A program made the translations under genes and the position numbers. This document shows, piece after piece, positions 51,642 through 62,070 of a stretch of DNA of 64,000 bases. The DNA is from Planctomycetales bacterium. GTDB taxonomy: Bacteria; 4484-113. The stretch covers positions 19,644 through 83,643 of the forward strand of contig JBBIRS010000009.1 in the NCBI GenBank assembly GCA_037441675.1, given 5' to 3'. The notes beneath the pieces were generated by a model that ran no database searches, had not been told where the DNA came from, and saw nothing but the letters and a program-made list of their open reading frames with translations. Numbering within the stretch: the stretch's first letter is position 1; every line of letters begins with the position of its first letter.

Positions 51642-52904
51642 ATGAGAGGATTTACAGAGAGATTCTGGGCACCCTTCTCAATGGTTGTCATCTTTATTCT
51701 AATCGTAGTACTTGCAACGGTCATAGTTACCGATGCAAATAACGCCAGGAAAAACGAGAATGGAGGAAACTTCTTTACTCCTGCAAAGTTTGAAGCAAAG
51801 CCATCAAGCACTCCCCTTTTATCCGCAAACAATAACGTTTACTGGGTCGCAGATCTTGTAGAAAAAGCGTTACCATTTGTCGTGCATATTCGCACCGAAA
51901 GAACGGGAAAGCACCCTACCATATTCAAGGAGTTCAAGCCCAAGGATGAGGATATGAAGAAGTTCTTTGAGGATTTCTTCCCGTTTGGCTTTGAATTTCG
52001 TTTCCCAGATATCGAAGAAAGGGAGATTCCAATTTCAGGGGTTGGAAGTGGATTTTTAATTTCAAAAGATGGTTATATTTTAACTAATACCCATGTAATT
52101 GAGGGCGCTGATAAAATTATCGTGAAGACGAGTGACGGGAAGGAGTATAACGCAAAGTTAGTGGGCACAGACACAATGAAGGATGTTGCAGTTTTGAAGA
52201 TTGACGCAAAGGGATTGCCCTACGCGAAACTTGGTGATTCGTCCAAACTGAGAATTGGAGAACCTGCTATCGCTATTGGAAGTCCCTTTGGGCTTGAAGC
52301 CACAGTTACCGCGGGAATTGTTTCATCTGTTGGAAGAAACGCCTCGGAGTTAAGGACGCCAGCAGATGCAGTATCGGGACTTGGGGCAAGAATCAGAAAG
52401 CTCATACAAACTGATGCGGCAATTAACCAGGGCAATTCGGGCGGTCCCCTACTTAACGCAAAAGGAGAGGTTATTGGAGTGAACCAAGCTATTATTCCAT
52501 ACGCTTCCCGTATCGGCTTCGCCATTCCTATTAACGAGGTGAAAAGCTCAATTGACCAGATTATCAAAAAGGGAAAGGTGGTCTATCCGGGTATCGGAGT
52601 TCTCGTGCAGGATGTAACGAAGGAGAATCGGGAGGAATTGAAAGTGGAAGTTGAAGAGGGCGCTTACATATGGCAGGTGGTTAACGGTGGAGCTGCTGAC
52701 AGAGCCGGACTCGCACCGGGTGATGTTATTCTGCAGATTGAAAACAAGCCTATTAAGAATGCTGACGAATTGGTGGACGAAATTCAGAGATACAAAGTCG
52801 GTGAGAAGGTTACATTACTTGTTGCAAAGGGTGGGAAAAAGGATAAGAAGGTTAAGGTTGGCGTTATCCTGAAGGAGCTTGAAAGAGAGAAGTCTCAGGA
52901 ATGA
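51642..52904 (+). CDS. htrA: HtrA/DegP-family serine protease, single PDZ
   Basis: GSGF, LTNTHV, DVAVLK, IQTDAAINQGNSGGPL, PDZ; N-terminal anchor. Confidence 0.95.
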   Translation: MRGFTERFWAPFSMVVIFILIVVLATVIVTDANNARKNENGGNFFTPAKFEAKPSSTPLLSANNNVYWVADLVEKALPFVVHIRTERTGKHPTIFKEFKPKDEDMKKFFEDFFPFGFEFRFPDIEEREIPISGVGSGFLISKDGYILTNTHVIEGADKIIVKTSDGKEYNAKLVGTDTMKDVAVLKIDAKGLPYAKLGDSSKLRIGEPAIAIGSPFGLEATVTAGIVSSVGRNASELRTPADAVSGLGARIRKLIQTDAAINQGNSGGPLLNAKGEVIGVNQAIIPYASRIGFAIPINEVKSSIDQIIKKGKVVYPGIGVLVQDVTKENREELKVEVEEGAYIWQVVNGGAADRAGLAPGDVILQIENKPIKNADELVDEIQRYKVGEKVTLLVAKGGKKDKKVKVGVILKELEREKSQE

Positions 52905-53280
52905 TGGTTTGTTGACGGAACTGACTTTGCGATGAGAACAGCCATAAGCGCTAGGGCAGTTGTCTTGGCTAAAGTTTTGGGCTAAGCGAACTCTAAGGCT
53001 TTTTGGTATTGCCTCTTATTCACGGAAGTTTTAGACACTCTTGGAACGAAGGAAACAGATTGAATGGCTTTTATTTGCTTTCTACGCTACTGCGGTAAGG
53101 GCTCCCATTAATTCTTCGGAAGGAGAAATTGTGCTTATTTAAGTAGCGCATAAATTTAGCTAAAATACTTGTGGATATTCTCACCAGCTTAAAATAAAGG
53201 AAGCGATTGATTCACCAATTATGTGATAATATGAATTTGAAAGAGCTAAGGAAAATGATTGTTCAGGCAATTAGGGGTGT

Positions 53281-55137
53281 ATGGCACAAAGAGTAATACA
53301 ACTACTACTTGTAATTGGTTTAACCATCATCTTTCTAGTAGCCATGGCAAAGCTACCAGAGATGGGCAGGGAAACTATAACGTATTCGCAGTTGATAAGT
53401 TACATACAAAATGGGGAAGTTCAAAAACTTCGCATCAACAAGGATAACGAAGTGGCGGAAGGAGAGTTAAAGCCACTAATAGACTCCGAAGGCAAGGAGT
53501 TAGCGCGACGTTTTAAGGTTGAGACGCCAAAAGAAACTGCCGAGCTTGAGAAGCTAGCTCAGGAGAGGGGCGTTGAGCTAAGTTTTGTGAAATCATCCCC
53601 GTGGGCATCCATATTTTCCGCAGGCACGATTCTTTGGATGGGGCTATTGCTAATTCCATTTGCACTATTTTGGCTTCTGTTATCGCGCCAGATGCAGGCA
53701 GGTGGAACCTCTCAAGCATTTAATTTCGCCAAGTCACGCGCGCGAATGTTTAATCCTGAAAGAACGAGGATTACCTTTGGTGACGTTGCGGGACTTGATG
53801 AAGTGGTTGATGAGTTGAAAGAGGTTGTTGATTTTTTAAGAGATCCTGGAAAGTATCAGCGCCTTGGAGCAGAAATACCAAAGGGAGTAATACTCGTTGG
53901 TCCACCTGGTTGCGGAAAGACACTTTTGGCAAAGGCGATTGCGGGTGAGGCGAATGTGCCTTTCTTTTACATATCGGGGAGCGATTTTGTTGAAATGTTC
54001 GTAGGCGTGGGAGCAGCAAGGGTAAGAGATTTGTTTGATACTGCCAAACGGCGAGCTCCGTGTCTTGTTTTTGTTGATGAACTGGACGCGGTGGGAAGGC
54101 ACAGGGGAACTGGCATTGGTGGTGGGCACGACGAGAGGGAGCAAACCCTGAATCAACTCCTTGTTGAGATGGATGGTTTTGAGCCAAATTCTGGTGTCAT
54201 AGTAATCGCAGCAACTAATCGCCCGGATGTTCTCGACCCAGCGCTGTTAAGGCCAGGGCGGTTTGATCGCAGAATTGTTGTTACAAATCCCGATGTTAAG
54301 GGAAGGGAGGAGATTCTTAAGATCCATCTGAGGAACAAACCTTTAGCTCCGGATGTTGATATCGCTGTGCTTGCCAGGAGAACGCCAGGTTTTTCAGGCG
54401 CTGATTTGCGCAACGTTGCTAATGAGGCAACTCTTCTTGCAGCAAGAAAAAATAAAGATAACGTTTCAATGGAAGAACTTGATGAAGCCATTGACCGAGT
54501 TATTGCAGGACCTGAGCGTCGTAACCGGTTGATATCCGAACGCGAAAGAAAGATTATCGCCTATCACGAATTGGGACACGCGATTTCTGCGTTTGAGCTT
54601 CCCGGTGCAGATCCTGTTCACAAAATCACCATTATCCCAAGAGGACTTGCTCTTGGTTACACTCTACAATTTCCTGAGGAGGACACTTTTCTTTTGACCA
54701 AGCAACAGCTTCTTACCCGAATTTCCGTACTTTTAGGAGGACGTGTAGCGGAGGAGATGGTTTTTGGTGAAGCGACCACAGGGGCTGCAAACGATTTTGA
54801 GAATGCAACCGAGCTTGCCCGGGATATGGTTACTCAATTTGGCATGAGCGATATGCTGGGTCCTATAACTTTTGGGAGCAAGCATGGTCCCATATTCTTA
54901 GGTAAAGCGATAATGGAGGAGAGAAACTATTCCGAGATGATAGCGGCAAGAATTGATGAAGAGGTTAAGAGAATAATTACGGATTGTTACCGTAAAACTG
55001 AAGAGGTATTGCAGAATAATCGGAAAGTTTTAGATAGGATTGCGGAGATTCTTGTGGAGAAGGAAACGCTGGACCGAGAAGAATTTGAAAATCTGGTAAG
55101 AACTACTAAGGAGGAGCTGACTCTTAAGCCGGCCTAA
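53281..55137 (+). CDS. ftsH: ATP-dependent zinc metalloprotease FtsH
   Basis: Two TMs, [30 protein letters not shown]. Confidence 0.98.
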   Translation: MAQRVIQLLLVIGLTIIFLVAMAKLPEMGRETITYSQLISYIQNGEVQKLRINKDNEVAEGELKPLIDSEGKELARRFKVETPKETAELEKLAQERGVELSFVKSSPWASIFSAGTILWMGLLLIPFALFWLLLSRQMQAGGTSQAFNFAKSRARMFNPERTRITFGDVAGLDEVVDELKEVVDFLRDPGKYQRLGAEIPKGVILVGPPGCGKTLLAKAIAGEANVPFFYISGSDFVEMFVGVGAARVRDLFDTAKRRAPCLVFVDELDAVGRHRGTGIGGGHDEREQTLNQLLVEMDGFEPNSGVIVIAATNRPDVLDPALLRPGRFDRRIVVTNPDVKGREEILKIHLRNKPLAPDVDIAVLARRTPGFSGADLRNVANEATLLAARKNKDNVSMEELDEAIDRVIAGPERRNRLISERERKIIAYHELGHAISAFELPGADPVHKITIIPRGLALGYTLQFPEEDTFLLTKQQLLTRISVLLGGRVAEEMVFGEATTGAANDFENATELARDMVTQFGMSDMLGPITFGSKHGPIFLGKAIMEERNYSEMIAARIDEEVKRIITDCYRKTEEVLQNNRKVLDRIAEILVEKETLDREEFENLVRTTKEELTLKPA

Positions 55138-55142
55138 AAGCG

Positions 55143-55730
55143 GTGTCTTCAAAGAACATTGACTTAAAGCGGATTGAGAAGGCTGTTAAAGAGATTCTCA
55201 TTGCTATTGGAGAGGATCCCGAACGAGAAGGACTAAGGGAAACTCCGCGGAGAGTCGCGCAGATGTATGAAGAAATTCTGGGAGGGGTAAGGGCAGATGG
55301 GTATGAACTTCTTCGCTCTTCCCTATATTCAGAAAAACACGAAGAGCTTGTATTGCTAAGAGGCATTAACTTTTACTCAATTTGCGAACACCATCTCCTA
55401 CCCTTTATTGGGGTGGCACATATAGCCTATATTCCTAAGGGGCAAGTGATAGGCATAAACAGAATAGTGGAAGCATTTTCCCAACTTTGTAGGCAACCCC
55501 AAATCCAAGAAAGGCTTACCTGGGAAATGGCGGATATGCTCTTTGACACCGTCAAACCTTTAGGTGCAGCAGTTGTTCTTGAAGCAAGGCATCTCTGTAT
55601 GGAAATTATCGGCGTTAAAAAGCTTCGCAGTGTGATAACAACTTCCGCTCTGCGTGGAATATTTCACACCAGGGAAGCGACAAGACTGGAGCTTTTCAAG
55701 CTAATTCAAGGAAAGGATGAGATAATGTGA
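55143..55730 (+). CDS. folE: GTP cyclohydrolase I family protein with atypical substrate-binding residues
   Basis: GEDPEREGL.ETP.RVA, S.CEHHLLPF.G, QIQERLT, HLCM; follows ftsH. Confidence 0.88.
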   Translation: MSSKNIDLKRIEKAVKEILIAIGEDPEREGLRETPRRVAQMYEEILGGVRADGYELLRSSLYSEKHEELVLLRGINFYSICEHHLLPFIGVAHIAYIPKGQVIGINRIVEAFSQLCRQPQIQERLTWEMADMLFDTVKPLGAAVVLEARHLCMEIIGVKKLRSVITTSALRGIFHTREATRLELFKLIQGKDEIM

Positions 55731-55871
55731 GAATGCTTCTTTATTCATGTTGCTCTCTTAAATGAGAAAGGGCTAATCATCTAACATATCTTGTAAGAAG
55801 TTCATAATCTTCGCATGACAATTAACCAAGAGTGATTAGGAAAAGAGTAGTCATTTTAGGAAACAGCCTAA

Positions 55872-58382
55872 TTAGGAACTTCTTGCTGATTCTTCCGAGG
55901 GTTTTTCTGATTCGTGGCGTGAATGTTTTTCAGTGACATAAACCTCAACCAGGTCACCTTCGCGAACCTCCTCTGAGCCTTCAATCAAAACTCCGCACTC
56001 AAAGCCTTCCGCGACTTCACGAACATCCTCCTTGAAGCGTTTCAGTGAGTTAATCTGGCCCTGGTGAATAATTGTTCCATTTCGTCTGATACGATACTGC
56101 GCTCCCCTTTGAACTTTTCCAGTTAAGACCATACCTCCTGCAATGGTTACGTTCTTATCCTGTCTAAAAACAGCTCGGACTTCCAAAGTTCCAATTGGCA
56201 CTTCTACTATCTCAGGCTCAAGCAGACCTTTTAGGGCCAGCTCAATATCCTCAAGAAGCTTGTAAATGATGTCATACTCCTTAATCTGAACTCGCTCTTG
56301 TTCGGCTAAATGTTTCGCCTGAACGGTGGTGCCTACCCTAAAGCCTATGATAACAGCGTTGCTTGCGGAGGCAAGCATCACATCAGACTCTGATATTTGT
56401 CCCACCCCTGCCCTTATCACCCTTACCCTTGTTCCTTCAACAGAAATACGCTGAATAGATTCCTTCACCGCTTCCACTGAGCCTTGGAAGTCTGCTTTTA
56501 CCACAAGCTGAAGTTCCTTAAGCTCACCCTCTCTAATGCGGTTAAAAACATCATCCAAGCTTACCTTTGGAGCAGAAACTTTTAATTCTTCTAACTTGCG
56601 ATGAAGCGCTCTTGCTTCGGCAATCTGTTCACACTTTCTCTTATCTTTGAAACCGTAAACTTTATCCCCATTCTGGGGCAGTTCGCTAAAGCCTACAATC
56701 CTAACTGGAGTTGAAGGTGTTGCATTGGTAACTTCCTTCAATTTTTCGTCAAGCATTATCCTTATCCTTCCGACAGATTCGCCTGAAAGGATATACATTC
56801 CCTTCTCAAAAGTGCCTTGCTGAACCAAGACTGTTGCGACTATACCAAGGCCAGGGTCAATCTGGCTCTCTATGACGACACCATATGGAGGGCCGTTTGG
56901 GTCAGCCTTTAGTTCCATTATCTCTGCCTGTAGCTGAATCATTTCAAGCAGCTCTTGTACACCCTCACCCGTTAATGCAGAAATGCACACCATAATCGTA
57001 TCCCCACCCCATTCCTCTGGCGTTAATCCGACTTTAGCAAGTTCATGCTTCACCTTTTCTGGATTTGCGTCTGGCTTATCAATTTTATTTAGAGCCACAA
57101 TAGTTGGAACACCTGCCGCCTTTGCGTGATCAATTGCTTCAAGGGTTTGGGGCATAACACCGTCATCCGCCGCTACGACGAGAACCACAATATCTGTAAC
57201 CTGAGAACCGCGGGCTCTAATGGCAGTGAACGCCTCATGTCCTGGAGTGTCTATAAAGGTTATCTTCTTGTCGTTTACGATAGTTTGGTAAGCGCCAATA
57301 TGTTGGGTTATTCCGCCACTTTCTTCATCAACCACATTGGTTTTCCGAATGTAGTCAAGGAGTTTCGTTTTACCATGATCCACATGCCCCATAACTGTAA
57401 CAACCGGTGGACGAGGGATCGGATGAAGTTCCTTTGTTTCCTCAAACACTTCCAGCTCTTGTTCAGGCTCTTCCTGTGGAACTCGTTCACAGGCTATGTT
57501 GAACTTGTCACAGATCAGTTCTATCTCGTCAATGGACGCCACATAGTTTATGTTGGCAACTACATCTAGCTCCTCAAAGAGAAACTGGATAACGTCAGAA
57601 ACCTTCACGCCTGTTACCGCAGAAACTTCCCGAATGCTCATAGGCCTTGAAATTTTAATTTCTCTGCGAACCTCAGGAACTGGTTCCCGCCTTCTCAGCC
57701 CCTTAACCTTGAAGAATCTCTTTCTACTCGTTACTACTCCTTCATCTTCGGAAAGGATTTCCTTTATAGTTCGGGAGGGACGGCGTTCTCGCGGTCTGGG
57801 TTTTGCTCTAACTAATTCCGCAGCTGAGAGCCTTTTTTCTCTCCTTTGTCTTAACTCCTCTTCCTCTAGGAATTCAATATCCAACCCCAACTGCTCTTCA
57901 GGGCTAGGCTCCTCAACCTCTTGCTCAATAGCTTTCTCTGGAACAATAGCTAATTCTTCTTCGGTATCCTCTTTTTTCTTTTTAGCCTTTTCAAGTTTTA
58001 CTTTAAGGGGCTTTTTCTCTTGGAGAATGGGTTTTAATTTAGCATGGGCAGTGGCGGTAGTCTCTCTCCTTGCTTCCTTCTCCACTACCGCCTTTACATC
58101 AGCTTTAGTTTGGGAAATTATGTCCTTTAATGTTTTCGTAGGCTTTGAAGATGGTGCTTCATCCACAACTCTCCTTATTCTCTTAACGCTTGACTTTTTC
58201 TCTGCCCCTTTAACTGAGGAGACCAAACTTTTTAGTTTCGCAATAGTTTCATCATCAACCTCAGTTAAAGGAGAGAAGCCAGGAGCATCAACGTCAAAGC
58301 CAACCTGGCGTAGCCAGTCCGTCACTTCCTCGTATGAACGGGCACCAATTATTTTTACCAGATTGACTACCTTTTTAGTCAT
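55872..58382 (-). CDS. infB: Translation initiation factor IF-2
   Basis: RPPVVTVMGHVDHGKT, GGITQHIGAY, DTPGHEAF, NKID. Confidence 0.98.
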   Translation of the reverse strand: MTKKVVNLVKIIGARSYEEVTDWLRQVGFDVDAPGFSPLTEVDDETIAKLKSLVSSVKGAEKKSSVKRIRRVVDEAPSSKPTKTLKDIISQTKADVKAVVEKEARRETTATAHAKLKPILQEKKPLKVKLEKAKKKKEDTEEELAIVPEKAIEQEVEEPSPEEQLGLDIEFLEEEELRQRREKRLSAAELVRAKPRPRERRPSRTIKEILSEDEGVVTSRKRFFKVKGLRRREPVPEVRREIKISRPMSIREVSAVTGVKVSDVIQFLFEELDVVANINYVASIDEIELICDKFNIACERVPQEEPEQELEVFEETKELHPIPRPPVVTVMGHVDHGKTKLLDYIRKTNVVDEESGGITQHIGAYQTIVNDKKITFIDTPGHEAFTAIRARGSQVTDIVVLVVAADDGVMPQTLEAIDHAKAAGVPTIVALNKIDKPDANPEKVKHELAKVGLTPEEWGGDTIMVCISALTGEGVQELLEMIQLQAEIMELKADPNGPPYGVVIESQIDPGLGIVATVLVQQGTFEKGMYILSGESVGRIRIMLDEKLKEVTNATPSTPVRIVGFSELPQNGDKVYGFKDKRKCEQIAEARALHRKLEELKVSAPKVSLDDVFNRIREGELKELQLVVKADFQGSVEAVKESIQRISVEGTRVRVIRAGVGQISESDVMLASASNAVIIGFRVGTTVQAKHLAEQERVQIKEYDIIYKLLEDIELALKGLLEPEIVEVPIGTLEVRAVFRQDKNVTIAGGMVLTGKVQRGAQYRIRRNGTIIHQGQINSLKRFKEDVREVAEGFECGVLIEGSEEVREGDLVEVYVTEKHSRHESEKPSEESARSS

Positions 58383-58687
58383 TTATTTGAATTTACTTGC
58401 TTTGAAAATTGTCTCAGCTGTAACAGAAAGCGATTTATTTCGTTCTGTTCAAGGGTAACAGTGAGACGACTATACTTAGCAGTTCTAAAGGTTATGCTAC
58501 CCTTTCTAAGAGCGCTATTCCAGCAAGACTCATTGTAACATAGATAAACTGAACGTCCCGGCAAAAATGTTTTTCTTGGGTTAATAACGAGCTTACCACC
58601 TGAAAGTTTGATCCGTATTAACTCGTCCTGAGGGAACTTCTCTCCACAGCCTATACAAGTCCTTATTGGAAAGCTAGCCACATTCAA
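58379..58687 (-). CDS. ylxR: YlxR/DUF448 RNA-binding protein
   Basis: PIRTCIGC, LIRI, GRSVYLC....C; lies between nusA and infB. Confidence 0.9.
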   Translation of the reverse strand: MNVASFPIRTCIGCGEKFPQDELIRIKLSGGKLVINPRKTFLPGRSVYLCYNESCWNSALRKGSITFRTAKYSRLTVTLEQNEINRFLLQLRQFSKQVNSNK

Positions 58688-58692
58688 TAACC

Positions 58693-59892
58693 CTACGCCT
58701 TCACCTCCTCTGATTGGAGTTGTCCCGCTTTGTCCGTGTCAAGAAGTTTATCCTCGGTTTCCTTTTCAACTGAAGCTATTTTTCCTTGAGGGGATAAGCC
58801 TACTTTTGTTGATTTAGTTAAAGATTTTTCACCTTCCTCAGTTTCCGCTTCGGAGATGCTTTTAACTTCAAGGTAATACTTAGTTAAGCGACTTGCAAGT
58901 TTAACGTTGCGCCAAGCTTTACCAATAGCCAACGATATCTGGTCATCTGGGACGATAACCACAGCTCGTTTTTCATCTTCAAAAATTTCAACGGAAGCGA
59001 CCTTAGCTGGAGATAAAGCTTCCGCAATGAATTCAAAGGGGTCTTCTCGCCAGGGGACTAGGTCTATCTTTTCTTCATTTAGCTCGTGAGAGATGGCGGT
59101 CACGCGGACGCCCCTGGTGCCGATACAGGTGCCCACTGGATCAAGCTCCGCTAAGTTGCTCTTGATGGCAACCTTACTCCTAATGCCCGGGTCTCTCGCT
59201 ATCGCCATAACCTCAATACTACCTTCTCTAACTTCTGGTATCTCATTTTCCATCAAGCGCCTTATAAGATCCGGATGCGTTCTTGAGAAGATTAACATAG
59301 GTCCGCTCTTCTTGCTTGCTCTTACTTCAATTAGCAGGCACTTTACTCTCTGCGCAGGTTTTAGTACTTCTGTTGGGATTCTCTCATCACTGGGTATCAT
59401 CCCTTCAATTCGGTTTGGAGTTTCAACGTAAACGTTCCCTCTTTCCTCATAGAGAACGGTACAGGTGATTAAATCATAGAGGCGTGTTTTGAAGTCACTC
59501 AGAATCCGTTCCCGTTCCGCTTGACGGATTAAGCTACGAATCTTATTCTTCGCGGTATTTACGCCCCAATAGCCTAAATCACCAATTTCAGTCTCTATTA
59601 GCAGTGTATCGCCTATCTCAATATCTTCACCCGGATACAGCTTCTTAGCCTGTTCAAGTGATATTTCGGTCTGCTCATTTTTCGGTTTTAATACAACGGT
59701 CTTGCTCAAATAAGCTTCAATCGTTCCTTTATTGAGATCAATTTCCATTTCAAGATTGGGAGTTTCACCATGCTTTTTTTCATAAGCTGCCCTAACCGCC
59801 TCTGCCAAAGCCTCTATTACTCGCTCCCGCGGAACTCCCCTTGAAAATTCAATTTCCTGTAATGCACTTATAACTCTTGAATCTATTTTCAT
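58693..59892 (-). CDS. nusA: Transcription factor NusA
   Basis: SRTHPDL, E.PEV..G, ARDPG.RSKVA, DPVGTCIG.RG.RV, SLAIGK. Confidence 0.97.
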   Translation of the reverse strand: MKIDSRVISALQEIEFSRGVPRERVIEALAEAVRAAYEKKHGETPNLEMEIDLNKGTIEAYLSKTVVLKPKNEQTEISLEQAKKLYPGEDIEIGDTLLIETEIGDLGYWGVNTAKNKIRSLIRQAERERILSDFKTRLYDLITCTVLYEERGNVYVETPNRIEGMIPSDERIPTEVLKPAQRVKCLLIEVRASKKSGPMLIFSRTHPDLIRRLMENEIPEVREGSIEVMAIARDPGIRSKVAIKSNLAELDPVGTCIGTRGVRVTAISHELNEEKIDLVPWREDPFEFIAEALSPAKVASVEIFEDEKRAVVIVPDDQISLAIGKAWRNVKLASRLTKYYLEVKSISEAETEEGEKSLTKSTKVGLSPQGKIASVEKETEDKLLDTDKAGQLQSEEVKA

Positions 59893-59895
59893 CCC

Positions 59896-60396
59896 TTACA
59901 CCTCTGGCTTTAAGCGGACTTGCTCAATATTTTCGCGAGGTAAAAGTAAAACACCCTCCTCAAACCTAACACCCGGCGCGGATAAGAAATCCTTCGGTGA
60001 TTCAATCTCAGCAAGAGCCACCTCATCATCAGTAGCACCCCTTAATCTTCCAAGAACGCTCATCCTTTTACCCTCAAATAACACTTTTACCTTCACCAAA
60101 TGACCAGTAAACCTTTCAAAATCTTTCAATTTTCTAATTATTCTATCCAGCCCTGGACTGCTCACCTCCAACACGCTATCGCTAGAGAAAACGCCTAGGG
60201 ATTCAAGATAAACACTAACCATAGGCGATAACCAAGCGCAGTCGCTTAAATCTGCGGGATTGCCATTTGTGTGTTCAACAAAAACGCGAAAAGTATGTGA
60301 GCGACCGAACCTTGCTATCTGGAAGTCTACGAGGTTAAACCCTCGCTCCTCCAGGAAGCTTTCAAGTTTGCTCTCAAGTTCTATTACGTCTAACAT
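59896..60396 (-). CDS. rimP: Ribosome maturation factor RimP (ORF track start 60426)
   Basis: DC...S, LEVSSPGLDR, DFERF.G; GGAG upstream of ATG 60396. Confidence 0.93.
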   Translation of the reverse strand: MLDVIELESKLESFLEERGFNLVDFQIARFGRSHTFRVFVEHTNGNPADLSDCAWLSPMVSVYLESLGVFSSDSVLEVSSPGLDRIIRKLKDFERFTGHLVKVKVLFEGKRMSVLGRLRGATDDEVALAEIESPKDFLSAPGVRFEEGVLLLPRENIEQVRLKPEV

Positions 60397-60416
60397 TTCT
60401 TCTATCACTCCAAAAC

Positions 60417-60447
60417 AAAAAGCCACTTCCCGCGAAAGTGGCTTTTT
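60417..60447 (-). promoter_or_regulatory. rimP-leader terminator-like hairpin
   Basis: AAAAGCCACTT-tcgcggg-AAGTGGCTTTTT about 20 nt upstream of the rimP start. Confidence 0.65.
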
Positions 60448-60610
60448 GGAAGTACCAAGAACACCTTTTCGCGTATTTTCATTTTAGCATAGCAACAAAT
60501 TCTTTAACAATCACGGAATCCTAACAGTCAAAAATTTTTTTATTTCTAGGGAAATTGGGAATAAACCTTCAGAAAAATCCTCCTAAAAATTTCAACAATT
60601 CTCAGTGGTA

Positions 60611-60639
60611 TTGCCTCTATTTATGTTAGAGGATAAAAT
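60611..60639 (+). promoter_or_regulatory. Sigma70-type promoter for mreB
   Basis: TTGCCT-17 nt-TAAAAT. Confidence 0.5.
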
Positions 60640-60689
60640 GTATAGACTTAAGAGCACACTTTCATCTTGAATAGGTAGTGTAAAAGAAA

Positions 60690-61733
60690 TTGGGTTGGTG
60701 GAACGACTTCATAGGTAATTTGCGCGAGGAAATTGGCATTGACCTCGGAACTGCAAACACACTCATCTATGTAAGAGGAAGGGGAATAGTACTTCGAGAG
60801 CCCTCAGTTGTGGCTATTGACTTATCCACGGATGAGGCGGTCGCGGTAGGTGAAGAAGCTAAAAGCATGATTGGTAAGACGCCGGGAAGAATTGTGGCAA
60901 TGCGCCCACTCAAGGATGGAGTCATTGCAGATTGGGAATATACAGAGGTTATGCTCAAGCACCTGATCAATAAAGCCACACAACCTAAAAAGCTTTTTCA
61001 CTTTCCCCATAAAGCCATTATTGGAATACCATCAGGAATTACACCCGTTGAGAGAAAGGCTGTAATTGAAGCTGCGGAGAGGACTGGCGCTCACCCCACT
61101 TACCTAATAGAGGAACCTATGGCTGCAGCGATTGGATGCAATATGCCCATTGATGAAGCTGCGGGAAATATGATAGTTGATATCGGTGGAGGCACCACTG
61201 AAGTAGCAGTCATTAGCTTGGGTGGAATAGTTGTGAGCAAGTCTATTAGAGTAGCAGGAGATGCCTGTGATAGGTCAATAATTGATTATGCGAGAAGAAG
61301 ATACAACCTAATTATTGGAGAGCGTAGCGCGGAAAGAATAAAGATTGAAATTGGAAGCGCCTTTGAGGGAGGCGAGAACCTTAAGACTGATATGCGAGGA
61401 GTTGACCAAGTCACGGGATTACCTAAGGTAGTGGAGATAACCAGCGAGGAAGTTAGGGAAAGCATGTGGGAAACGATTGATATGATTCTCAAAACAATTC
61501 GGTATACACTAGAGGAAACTCCTCCCGAATTGGCTGCAGACATAATAGATAATGGGATTGTCCTATGCGGAGGCGGGGCTCTTCTGCGAGGAATTGATAT
61601 GCTCATCTACAAGGACACTGGTATTGTTACTAGAGTTGCGGATGACCCACTCTCAGCTGTTGTTTTAGGCACGAAGAGGCTCCTTGAGGATTTCGGCAGG
61701 TTTAAGCATCTTTTAAGTAGGGGGAATAAGTAA
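60690..61733 (+). CDS. mreB: Rod shape-determining actin homolog MreB/Mbl
   Basis: GIDLGTANT, EPSVVA, RPLKDGVIAD, DIGGGTTEVA, GGGALL. Confidence 0.96.
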   Translation: MGWWNDFIGNLREEIGIDLGTANTLIYVRGRGIVLREPSVVAIDLSTDEAVAVGEEAKSMIGKTPGRIVAMRPLKDGVIADWEYTEVMLKHLINKATQPKKLFHFPHKAIIGIPSGITPVERKAVIEAAERTGAHPTYLIEEPMAAAIGCNMPIDEAAGNMIVDIGGGTTEVAVISLGGIVVSKSIRVAGDACDRSIIDYARRRYNLIIGERSAERIKIEIGSAFEGGENLKTDMRGVDQVTGLPKVVEITSEEVRESMWETIDMILKTIRYTLEETPPELAADIIDNGIVLCGGGALLRGIDMLIYKDTGIVTRVADDPLSAVVLGTKRLLEDFGRFKHLLSRGNK

Positions 61734-62070
61734 TTGATGAAGATGTTAGAGCTAGCTATTTAATCGGCGTTGCCCAAATACTTTTCTTCTTTCTACAACT
61801 GAAATAATTCCCTGTAAACTTCGTTGCCTAGAGTTGTACCCTTTATTAATGAGTCATTTTGCGTGGTGGGTTTTTTGCCCTATGGCTAGTTATTTATCTT
61901 CGGCTAGTTAACCTTTTCCCCTGAGGTAGAGCCTTACTTTGAGGGTCAGTGGCGGAGTTGTCCCTCTCCTTATTTGCAATTATCTCATTCAACTTCCGTT
62001 CGGGGTATAGCTGGTGTCCACCAACCTTCAAGTGCTCCTAGTAAGTTCTTCTTCGTCCGAGCTGGTTACT

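Noticed and set aside
53004..53016. 13-mer TGGTATTGCCTCT shared with the mreB upstream region (60606-60618)
   Set aside because: One 13-bp match among several kb of intergenic DNA is near chance, and the positions relative to the starts differ.
57550..58458. 302-aa plus-strand ORF
   Set aside because: Antisense to the Glu/Lys-rich IF-2 N-terminus; the Ser/Phe/Leu-rich translation is a typical shadow.
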